From Octopus vulgaris (taxonomy: Eukaryota), in NCBI GenBank assembly GCA_951406725.2, contig OX597841.1:12090001-12154000 (forward strand): a DNA stretch of 64,000 nt, in the 5' to 3' direction. Both the position numbers and the translations under genes were made by a program. This document shows, piece after piece, positions 10,433 to 22,300 of this stretch; position 1 is the first letter of the stretch, and every line of letters starts with the position of its first letter. The notes beneath the pieces are model-generated. The model was not told where the DNA came from, made no database searches, and worked only from the letters and a program-made list of their open reading frames with translations.

Positions 10433-10701
10433 TGTGGTGTGGTGATGAGGGAGTGTGACAGAGAGGGAGGGAGCGGAAGTGGGTCTTGCAGGTCTCGCAG
10501 GGCGCATGCGCCGGCGGAGGCGGAAGTCAGCGACAGAGCGCACGTGCGGCATCGACCAGGGCAGGGAGACTCGAGAACGACGACAAGACGCTAGCAAGTT
10601 GGCTCAAGGCGAATCCGGCTTCATCTCTACAGGTAAGACCAAATTACACTTCTAATTCTTTTCCTTGTTCTGTTACGCTCCTTTTCACCACACTTATCAC
10701 A
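10433..10701 (+). repeat. 3' LTR
   Basis: Copy of 6459-6727, preceded by the polypurine tract at 10424-10430. Confidence 0.97.
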
Positions 10702-11180
10702 GTTTTTTTACTGTCGAGAGTAAGGTTTGGGTTTTATACGGCAGTTTGTTGAAAAATACCTCTTTGAGGTACGAATCCTCTATTTGCTGGTTCCCCAGCA
10801 GTTTGTTCATCCTTCGTAACAGTTGCGTGGGTTTTCTACTACCCAGCTCTTCGTTGTTAAATAATTTTGCGAATTCCTTTTGCTTGGAACTAGACGTACG
10901 CTTCAATATTTCTTCCTTAATCGAAGAATACGACACCGGTTCCATAGGATTCAGTAACAGATCCCTGATTTCATTGATTAGCGGTGGCGGCAAATTACTA
11001 AGCATGATGTTGTACTTCTGCTCTTCGTTCGTTATTCTGTTGGCTTTGAAGCTTGCCTCTAGTTGCACCAACCATATTAGTGTGTCTCCAATCCATGGAA
11101 GATAATTCAAGACATTGACAGAAGCTTGTGTGTAACTTCTGTTGAGGTATGATGCTCCGCATTCTTTTTTCTCCTGCTCC
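10702..11180 (-). pseudogene. Gag-like ORF of the host LTR element, N-terminal part (continues at 6453-6330)
   Basis: WLVQLEASFKANRITNEEQKY...LLLNP...YSSIKEEILKRTS...ELGSRKPTQLLRRM is typical invertebrate Gypsy gag. Removing the insert and one TSD restores ...TVKKQNLIQQLAGLADGILE in frame. Confidence 0.8.
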
Positions 11181-11325
11181 ATTATATTTGTGGATATGTA
11201 TTTTGTTTTTGCTTTTTTTTCAAAAAATATTCCTTCTTCCGCTTCTTCTGTGTCAATACTTCCGTACTTATGTTTATTATCGGCTGCGTAGTATATGCGA
11301 ATGGCTGCGTATTTGAGGTCACCAG

Positions 11326-12107
11326 TATAAGAAATAGGATCACATGTGGTCGTATCGTGTAGGAAATACGATCGCACGTGGTTCTACTCTTAACGAATTA
11401 TTACAAGCCATAAATACATGCATTAACAATAGAACATAAGTGAATTGACAACATGTCTTCTGTTGGTAGATAAATATTATTTATTTTACATATTTTACAA
11501 TCGTGTCAATGTTAGGAGTTCGTAAGCGTAAGCATGTTTTCGTGTCTGTGTGTTCGTGAGGCATAAAAGGTACTGACTATAGAATTAACAATGGAATTCG
11601 GTTCACAGTTCATGTTGTTGGTATCAGCATAATGACAGATAGTAGCAGAGACAATCGCATATCTCTAAGTTGAGCAGCAGGTGGCCTAAGTTAGTTCTTA
11701 GAAGAACTGGAACTCAAGACAAAAGTGTCTGTGAACCCTGCTTTATATACTGTTTGGTTGGCTCACTGAACTTCAGAAATGGAATTTTAACCGAAAGTCT
11801 TGATTGGTTGATTCGCGACTGCGGCGCGAAACAAGTCGAGACAACTCGCGTCACGTGTCAACCAGTGGCGCGGACTATGTAGAGACCCTCGTGTCACATG
11901 TCGACCAGTGGCGCGAAACACGCAGAGACCACTAGTGTCACCTGTCGACCAATCAAGTTAGTGTTTAGAACAAGAACAAGTTGGCCAAAGATGGTTGTAA
12001 CCTCAAACGAGATCATTTCTGCCTTGCCTTTCACACAGTGAAGATATTAGAAATCGCTATAGTCATATTTCAAAATGGCTGAAACTGGCACGCTACAACT
12101 CCTTACA
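11326..12107 (-). repeat. 5' LTR of the older host element
   Basis: TGTAAG start, CTTATA end next to the PBS, TATATAAA box (~11742-11749), AATAAA (~11480), internal ~42-bp tandem repeats at 11820-11950. Confidence 0.6.
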
Positions 12108-12289
12108 TCTCTTGATTATATATATATATAATTGTATCTTTTTGTATACACACATACTACAATGAGAAAAGCGGGAACAGTTAACCACCAAAAAATAAAA
12201 CACCTTATATATCTCCCTAACAAGTGTGCTATATCTTCACGTCTTTTTTTTAAACCTTTGTACTACGGTACGGATGGGTACGTCGTAAT

Positions 12290-12600
12290 GCTGAACAGGA
12301 ATACAAAATGCACAAATCAGAGATCAACAGGAAAAAGCGCAATAGATCATCCAACCATCTCAAGCAGGTGACAAAAAAGGCAGTGCTTGAATTCGAACAG
12401 CGCATAGCAACCAGCCCTGACAGCAAAGTGTTCTGGAAGCATGTACATTCAAAGCAGAGACATCACTCTCCAATTAGCCCCCTTCGCAATCCCCACACAG
12501 GCCAGATTACTGACAATCCCAAAGAATGTACAGAAATCATTGTCGGATGCTATGCAGGCATCTTTACTGTCGAAGATTAAAAGGTTCCATCTCCATCACC
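12290..12600 (+). mobile_element. CR1/L2-type LINE ORF2 fragment (EN-RT linker)
   Basis: KKAVLEFEQRIA...KVFWKHVHSK...ISPL...TDNPKECTEII...FTVED pattern. Confidence 0.7.
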
Positions 12601-12615
12601 TCTGACACCGGACTC

Positions 12616-13154
12616 TATAACTACTGTAAAAGAACTGTCTGGAACAGGTTGTGTCTTTTGCACTGTTTGGATGCAACACAATTTCCTTCTTTGTTTCCAA
12701 AAACTACCGGCGTTAGGAACAAGAAAGCAACATTAGAAAATATGACACTTTATTTCGTTATTTACATAAAGAAGGCACGCTGGTAAATTGGTAACCACTT
12801 GGTGTAGGTACAGCAAGACTGAAGTTAAACATTTGTAAAGATAAATCTCACAAAAACTCCAGCAGCAACAGAGCCGGTCAAATCCCAAGCGTCTGGGACA
12901 GGAGCATAGGCTGGTAACACGTTAAACACGTCTTCTCTCTTCAATAGCCGTGTCTCAAGTCACCGACGCTAACAAGGAACGCGATAGAATTTTTTCCCAT
13001 GTGCATGAGGGAACTCCTTAGGCCTTTCCAGAAGGTTCCAACCCCGCACACGCACACTGAAGAATGACGTCACTACACTACTATGAAATTTACACCAGCA
13101 ATGCCACCTTAAGAATAAACGTTACTATGCCCCTTCTGGTCTCGATGGTGTTAC
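12616..13154 (-). mobile_element. Possible solo LTR
   Basis: Minus-strand TGTAAC...GTTATA termini and internal AATAAA; abruptly truncates the ZNF array and the CR1 fragment; no clear TSD. Confidence 0.35.
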
Positions 13155-13579
<425 letters not shown>

Positions 13580-13580
<1 letters not shown>

Positions 13581-14725
13581 GAGGTTTGGAGATCCCACTA
13601 TGAAAGGTTGCTCAACAAAGAGAATGAATGGGATAAAGAGAGTCTGCCGAATGTCGACCCAATAGAGGGACCAGCTATCCGAGTTGACAGTTCCATGGTA
13701 GTTAAGGCAATTGGAAGCATGAAGACAGGGAAAGCCCCAGGCCCATCAGGAATTACTGCTGAGATGCTCAAAATATCTGGCAGTGTCGGCTATAGCCTAG
13801 TCACCCGTATAGTTAACCAGGTGATACACGAAGGAGTCATACCCAATGACTGGTGTAGTAGCATAATAGTCAACTGCTACAAAAGTAAAGGTGACGCCCT
13901 AGATACAAGTAATTACAGAGGTATTAAGCTGTTGGATCAGGTAATGAAGGTTACGGAAAGGGTCATAGCCCAACTGATTAGAGAGAGAGTCAACCTAGAC
14001 GAGATGCAGTTTGGTTTCGTGCCAGGGAAAAGCACCACTGATGCCATATTTCTGGTGAGACAGCTGCAGGAGAAATACCTAGCCAAAGATAAAACTCTGT
14101 ACCTGGCTTTCGTTGACTTGGAGAAAGCCTTTGACAGGGTCCCCCGATCCTTTATCTGGTGGTCAATGAGGAACTAGGGATAGATGAATGGTTAGTGAGA
14201 GCTGTGCGTGCCATGTACAGAGACGCTGTTAGTAAGGTGAGGGTTGGCAACGAGTACAGTGAAGAATTCCGGGTGGAGGTTGGGGTCCACCAAGGCTCAG
14301 TCCTCAGCCCCTTCCTATTTATCATAGTCCTCCAGGCAATAACGGAGGAATTCAAGACAGGATGCCCCAGGGAGCTCCTCTATGCTGACGACCTTGCTCT
14401 AATTGCTGAATCACTATCAGAACTCGAGGAGAAGTTTCAGGCGTGGAAGCAAGGATTAGAATCGAAGGGCCTTAGAGTCAATCTAGCTAAAACCAAAGTC
14501 CTAATAAGTAGGAAGGTAGACAAATCTCAAACCCCTTCAGGTAGATGGCCCTGCTCGATCTGTAGAAAATTCGTAGGTAGGAACTCTATAAGATGCACCA
14601 AGTGTAAGCTATGGACACATAAGAGGTGCAGCAATGTCAAAAGAAGGCTAACTAGGAAGATAAGTTTTGTATGTGGCAGATGCTCTGGTTCAATAAAGAC
14701 TGAAAATGCCCAGAGACCATCTTCA
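13580..14725 (+). mobile_element. RTE-type LINE fragment (RT domain + PHD-like finger), truncated at both ends
   Basis: KAPGPSGI, NYRGIKLL, QFGF, AFVDLEKAFD, GVHQGSVLSP, LYADD; frameshift ~14170; same family as 42690-45715. Confidence 0.93.
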
Positions 14726-14869
14726 AAGATACAACACAGATATGTACACATGCATTTTTATGTGTAATTACACACACACACACATATATATACAAATATG
14801 TGTAAATATAAACACACTGTCTTCTTCTTGCCAGGGAGTCTACCAGGGCCTCACTCTCATTTGACACAG

Positions 14870-15424
14870 CAGCTACAGGCTGGAAGGGGCCCCATGGCAA
14901 GCCCTGCACCAGATGGCTGAGCATGATAAACGATGATCTCCAGAAGTTTGATATAATCTTGGGTGATGCAGAGGCACTGGTACAGAGTTGCCAGGGATGG
15001 GAAGCATCATTGGACCTGGTCAGCTCTATGCACGATGACCTCCCTAAGACCATTCAGCTACAGGCTGGAAGGGGCCCCATGGCAAGCCCTGCACCAGATG
15101 GCTGAACATGATAAACGATGATCTCCAGAGGTTTGATATAATCTTGGGTGATGCAGAGGCACTGGTACAGGGTTGCCAGGGATGGAAAGCATTATTGGAC
15201 CTGATCAGCTCTATGCACGATGACCTCCCTAAGACCATTCAGCTACAGGCTGGAAGGGGCCCCATGGCAAGCCCTGCACCAGATGGCTGAACATGATAAA
15301 CGATGATCTCCAGAGGTTTGATATAATCTTGGGTGATGCAGAGGCACTGGTACAGGGTTGCCAGGGATGGAAAGCATCAGTGGACCTGGTCAGATCTATG
15401 CACAATGGCCTCTCTAAGACCATT
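14870..15424 (+). repeat. 185-bp tandem repeat x3 derived from a LINE ORF C-terminus
   Basis: Units start at 14870, 15055 and 15240; they encode GWKGPHGKPCTRWL.MINDDL, resembling the RTE-type GRP..RW...I..DL end. Confidence 0.9.
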
Positions 15425-15692
15425 AACCTGAGATGACTCCAGCCCTACCAAGCAAAAGCATGAAGCTAAGTGTAAGCATTCATATATATTATGTTGCTCA
15501 CATATCTTTCATTGCAACTAAAAGGATTTTAGCTCCGAGGAAGATAAATGGAGAAAGCCTATTCACTACTTTATTCAATCAATCAATTATGGCATCAGAC
15601 TAGGGAACTGTGCTTCTTCAACCTTATTAGAAACATGTGTAAACTCGCACGAATAATATACATTAATTTCTTGCCATTTCTGTTACACACAC

Positions 15693-15746
<54 letters not shown>

Positions 15747-15889
15747 GCAGGAGCTGGAAATTTCTTCACTTTAGGGGTTTCATGAAAGACCTGGTCGAGT
15801 TCTTTTACAGGACTTAAAAAAACTAAGAGACCACTGCAATAAGCGTGCGAATCTGAGCAGGGAATATGTTGAATAAATTTATAACTCAG

Positions 15890-16300
15890 TTCTATACTTG
15901 AGAGATAAGGAATTATGTACATTTTCCTCCTCATCTTGTTTGTTGTTAACACGTTTCAGCTGATGTACTCTCCAGCCTTCATCAGGTGTCCTGGGGGAAT
16001 TTCAAACTTGGGTTCTCATTCCTACGGTAATTTTCCGATGTTATTGTTATTTTTATTATTCAGGTCGCTGACTGGAATCAGACTCATAATCTTTGGGTTT
16101 GTAGCCCACGTTCTTAACCACTACGTCATATGCCTGTGGAAAACTATGAAGTAAAGTTTAGGGTTTATAAATCTAAAGTTTTCTTATTCTTCCTTAATAC
16201 AGGTTCCCATATGCTAATCACAAATAAACTAGGTTTGCTTAGGAGGTTATTATGTCCTAGCATGTGTGCTGCCTCTTTTAGCTTTCATATTTTCCAGTGG
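15890..16300 (-). mobile_element. Penelope-like element 3' fragment (GIY-YIG C-terminus + pLTR with hammerhead-like motif)
   Basis: Minus translation HHWKI*KLKEAAHMLGHNNLLSKPS...IWEPVLRK, followed by CTGATGA-stem-GAAAC at 15945-15990. Confidence 0.65.
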
Positions 16301-16301
16301 T

Positions 16302-19300
16302 GTCATTGAACGTCATTTAACGTCGTGTCATTTAACGTCATTTAGCGCATGTCCTTTAACGTCATTTAACGTAATGTCATTTAAAGTCATTTAACGTCAT
16401 GTCGTTTAACGTCATCTAAAGTCATTTAACGGCATTTAACGTCATGTCATTTAACGTCAATTAACGTCATTTAACGTCATGTAATTTAAAGTCATTTAGC
16501 GTCAATTAACGTCATTTAACGTCATGTCATTTAACGACATTTAACGTCATGTCATTTAAGGTCATTTAACGTCATGTCATTTAACGTCATATAACGTCAT
16601 GTCATTTAACGTCATGTTATATAACGTCATTTAACGTCATTTAACGTCATGTCATTTAACGTCATGTCATTTAACGTCATGTCATTTAACGTCAAGTCAT
16701 TTAATGTCAATTAACGTCATTTAACGTCATTTAACTTCATGTCATTTAACGTCATTTAACGTCATCTAACGTCATGTCATTTAAAGTCATTTAACGACAT
16801 TTAACGTCATGTCATTTAAGGTCGTTTAACGTCATGTCATTTAACGTCATGTCATTTAACGTCATGTTATTTAACGTCATTTAACGTAATTTCACGTCAT
16901 ATCATTTAACGTCATTTAACGTCATTTCAAATTACGTCATTTAACGTCATTTAGCGTCATAAAACGCCATGTCATTTAACGTCATTCAACGTCATGTCAT
17001 TTAACGTAATTTAAAGACATTTAACGTCATGACATTGAACGTCATTTAACGTCATGTCATTTAACGTCAATTAACGTCATGTGATTTAACGTGATTTAAC
17101 CTCACGTCATTTGACGTCATTTAACGTCTTTTAACTTCATGTCATTTCAAGTCATTTAACGTCATGTCATTTAACGTCATTTAACACCATGTCATTTAAC
17201 GTCATTTAACGTCATGTCATTTAACGTCATGTCTTGTCATGCCAATAACGTCATTTCACATCATGTCAGTTCAGGTAAATTAACGTCAATAAACGTCATT
17301 TAACGTCATGTCATTTAACGTCATGTCATTTAACGTAATTTAATGTCATGTCATTTAAAATCATGTCATTTGACGTCATTTAACGTCATGACATTTAACA
17401 TCATTTAACGTCATTTAACGTCATGTCATTTAACGTCATTTAACGACATGTCAATTAACGTCATTTAACGTCATGTCATTTAACGCCATATCATTTAACG
17501 TCATTTAGCATCATGTCATTTAACGTTATTTACGATCATGTCATTAAACGTTAATAAAATCATTTAACGTCATGTCATTTAACGTCATTTACATCATGTC
17601 ATTTAACGTCATTTAACGTCATGTCATTTAACGTAATTTAACACCATGTCATTTAACGTCATTTAACGTCATGTCATTTAACGTCATGTCTTGTCATGCC
17701 AATAACGTCATTTCACATCATGTCAGTTCAGGTAAATTAACGTCAATAAACGTCATTTAACGTCATGTCATTTAACGTCATTTAACGTCATGTCATTTAA
17801 CGTAATTTAATGTCATGTCATTTAAAATCATGTCATTTGACGTCATTTAACGTCATGACATTTAACATCATTTAACGTCATTTAACGTCATGTCTAATAA
17901 CGTCATTTAACGACATGTCAATTAACGTCATTTAACGTCATGTCATTTAACGCCATATCATTTAACGTCATTTAGCATCATGTCATTTAACGTTATTTAC
18001 GATCATGTCATTAAACGTTAATAAAATCATTTAACGTCATGTCATTTAACGTCATTTCACATCATGTCATTTAACGTCATTTAACGTCATGTCATTTAAC
18101 GTAATTTAATGTCATGTCATTTAACGTCATTTAAAATCATGTCATTTGACGTCATTTAACGTCATGACATTTAACATCATTTAACGTCATTTAACGTCAT
18201 TTAACGTCATGTCTAATAACGTCATTTAACGACATGTCAATTAACGTCATTTAACGTCATGTCATTTAACGCCATATCATTTAACGTCATTTAGCATCAT
18301 GTCATTTAACGTTATTTACGATCATGTCATTAAACGTTATTAAAATCATTTAACGTCATGTCATTTAACGTCATTTCACATCATGTCAGTTCAGGTAAAT
18401 TAACGTCAATAAACGTCATTTAACGTCATGTCATTTAACGTCATTTAACGTCATGTCATTTAACGTAATTTAATGTCATGTCATTTAACGTCATTTAAAA
18501 TCATGTCATTTGACGTCATTTAACGTCATGACATTTCACGTCATTTAACGTCATGACATTTCACGTCATTTAACGTCATTTAACGTCATGTCAATTAACG
18601 TCATTTAACGTCATGTCATTTAACGCCATTTAACGTCATATCATTTAACGTCATTTAACGTCATGTCATTTAACTACATTTAACGTCATATCATAAAACG
18701 TCATTTAACGTCATATCATTTCATGTCATTTTAGGTAAATTAACGTCATTTAACGTCATTTAACGTCATGTCATTTAACGTCATTTAACGTCATTTAACG
18801 TCATGTCATTTAACGTCATTTAACGTCATGTCATTTAACGTAATTTAATGTCATGTCATTTAACGTCATTTAAAATCATGTCATTTAACGTAATTTAATG
18901 TCATGTCATTTAAAATCATGTCATTTGACGTCATTTAACGTCATGACATTTAACATCATTTAACGTCATTTAACGTCATGTCTAATAACGTCATTTAACG
19001 ACATGTCAATTAACGTCATTTAACGTCATGTCATTTAACGCCATATCATTTAACGTCATTTAGCGTCATGTCATTTAACGACATTTAACGTCATGTCATT
19101 TTAACGTCATTTAACGTCATGTCATTTCACGTCATTTAACGTCATGTCCTTTAACGTCAATAACGTCATTTAAAGTCATGTTATTTAACGACATTAAACA
19201 TCATTTCATTTAACGTCATTTAACGCAATTTAACGTCATATAACGTCATTTAAAGTAATTTAACGTCATGTCATTAAACGTCATGACATTTAACGTCATG

Positions 19301-22300
19301 ACATTTAACGTCATTTAACGTCATGTCTATTAACGTCATTTAACGTCATGTCATTTAACGTCATTTAACGTCATGTCATTTAACGTCATTTAACGTCATG
19401 TCATTTAACGTCATTTAACGTCATGTCATTTAACGTCATTTAACGTCATGTCATTTAACGTCATTTAACGTCATGTCAATTAACGTCGTTTAACGTCATG
19501 TCATTAAACGTCATTTAACATTTCATTTACCGCCATTTAACGTCATGACATTTAACATCATTTAACGTCATTTAACGTCATGTCTAATAACGTCATTTAA
19601 CGACATGTCAATTAACGTCATTTAACGTCATGTCATTTAACGTCATGTCATTTAACGCCATATCATTTAACGTCATTTAGCATCATGTCATTTAACGTTA
19701 TTTACGATCATGTCATTAAACGTTAATAAAATCATTTAACGTCATGTCATTTAACGTCATTTCACATCATGTCATTTTAGGTAAATTAACGTCATTTAAC
19801 GTCATTTAACGTCATGTCATTTAACGTCATTTAACGTCATGTCATTTAACGTAATTTAATGTCATGTCATTTAACGTCATTTAAAATCATGTCATTTGAC
19901 GTCATTTAACGTCATGACATTTAACATGACGTTAAATACGTCATTTAACGTCATTTAACGTCATGTCTAATAACGTCATTTAACGACATGTCAATTAACG
20001 TCATTTAACGTCATGTCATTTAACGCCATATCATTTAACGTCATTTAGCATCATGTCATTTAACGTTATTTACGATCATGTCATTAAACGTTAATAAAAT
20101 CATTTAACGTCATGTCATTTAACGTCATTTCACATCATGTCATTTTAGGTAAATTAACGTCAATTAACGTCATTTAACGTCATTTAACGTCATGTCATTT
20201 AACGTCATTTAACGTCATGTCATTTAACGTAATTTAATGTCATGTCATTTAACGTCATTTAAAATCATGTCATTTGACGTCATTTAACGTCATGACATTT
20301 CACGTCATTTAACGTCATGACATTTCACGTCATTTAACGTCATTTAACGTCATGTCAATTAACGTCATTTAACGTCATGTCATTTAACGCCATATCATTT
20401 AACGTCATTTAGCGTCATGTCATTTAACGACATTTAACATCATGTCATTAAAGGTGTTTTAACGTCATGTCAATTCACGTCATTTAACGTCATGTCCTTT
20501 AACGTCAATAACGTCATTTAAAGTCATGTTATTTAACGACATTAAACATCATTTCATTTAACGTCATTTAACGCCATTTAACGTCATATAACGTCATTTA
20601 AAGTAATTTAACGTCATGTCATTAAACGTCATGACATTTAACGTCATTTAACGTCATGTCTATTAACGTCATTTAACGTCTTGTCAATTAACGTCATTTA
20701 ACGTCATGTCATTTAACGACATTTGGCGTCATAAAACGTGATGTCATTTAACGTCATTCAACGTCGTGTCATTTAATGTCATTGAACGTCATGTCATTTA
20801 ACGTCATTTAACGTCATGTCTAATAACGTCAATTAACGACATGTCACTTAACCTCATGTCATTTAACTTCATTTAACGTCATTTAACGTCGTTTAACGTC
20901 ATTTAACGTCATGTCATTTAAACTCATTTAATGTCATGTCATTTAACGTCATTTTACGTCATTTAACATCATGTCATTTCAGGTAATTAAACGTCATTTA
21001 ACGCCATGTCATTTAACGTCATTTAGCGTCATTTAACGTCATGTCATTTAACGTCATTTAACGTCATGTCATTTAACGTTATTTAACGCCATTTAACGTC
21101 ATGTCATTTAACGTAATTTAACGACATGTCATTTAACGCCATTTAACGTCATGTCATTACCTTCATTTAACGTCATGTCATTTAACGTCATTTCACGTCA
21201 TGTCATTAAACGATATTTAATGTCATGTCATTTAACGTCATGTAACGTCATTCAACGTCGTGTCATTTAACGTAATTTAACCTCATTTAACGTCGTTTAG
21301 CGTCATATCATTTAAAGTCATTTAACGTCATGTCATTTAATGTCATTCAACGTCATGTCATTTAACGTCAATTAACGACATGTCATTTAACTTCATTTAA
21401 CGTTATGTCATTTAAACTCATTTAACGTCATGTCATTTAAACTCATTTAACGTCATGTCATTTCATTTAACGTCATTTAACGTCATGTCATTTCATTTAA
21501 CGTCATTTAACGTCATGTCATTTAACGTTATTTAACGTCATTTAACGTCATGTCATTTAACTTCATTTAACGCCATTTCAGGTCATGTCATTTAACGTCA
21601 TTTCACGTCATGTCATTTAACGTCATGTCATTAAACGACATTTAATGTCATGTCATTTAACGTTATTTAACGTCATATAACGTCATATCATTTCACGTCA
21701 TTTAGCGTCATGTTATTTAACGTCATTTAACGACATTTAACGTCATGTCATTTAACGTCATTTAACGTCATATCATTTAACGTCATTTAACGTCGTGTCA
21801 TTTAACGTCATTTAACGACGTGTCATTTAACATTATTTAACGTCATTTAACGTCACGTCATTTACTTGCAGTTAGCGTTATGTTAGGTAACGTAATTTAA
21901 AGTCATTTCGCGTCATGTCATTTAACGGCTTGTCATTTAACGTTCTGTCATTTAAATTCATCTAACGATGTCATTTAACGTCATTTACCGTCATTTAACA
22001 TCATTTAACGTCATTTAACGTCAGGTCATTTAACATCATTTAACGTCATTTAACGTCATGTCATTTAACCTCTTGTCATTTAACGTCATGTCATTTAACG
22101 TCATTCAACATCATTTAACTTAATGTCATTTAACATCCTTCTACGTCATGTAATTTAACCTCATTTAACGTCATGTCATAGAACGTCATGTCATTCAACG
22201 TCATATCATTTAACGTCATTTAACGTCATGTCATTCAACGTCATATCATTTAACGTCATTTAACGTCATGTCATTTAACGTCATTTAACGTCATTTAGCG

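Larger units (their letters stand above)
6459..10701 (+). mobile_element. Young full-length compact LTR retrotransposon (PR-RT-RH-IN order, Gypsy-like), 4243 bp
   Basis: 269-bp LTRs TG...CA, TSD GTTTT at 6454-6458 and 10702-10706, gag and pol ORFs, purine tract AGGGGGG before the 3' LTR. Confidence 0.97.
6293..12107 (-). mobile_element. Old internally deleted Gypsy-type LTR element (LTR + PBS + gag fragment + 3' LTR tip), interrupted by a younger element
   Basis: LTR 12107-11326 (TGTAAGGA...TTCTTATA), tRNA-Trp-like PBS TGGTGACC at 11324-11317, gag ORF. The last ~34 nt of the LTR recur at 6293-6326. Confidence 0.7.

Noticed and set aside
6384-10752. Many overlapping antisense and alternate-frame ORFs in the LTR element, including 60-88 aa LTR ORFs
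   Set aside because: Expected shadows of GC-rich, stop-poor sequence; no recognisable motifs and no env-like ORF
14923-15290. Duplicated 60-aa ORFs as a small gene family
   Set aside because: They are translations of the 185-bp LINE-derived tandem repeat
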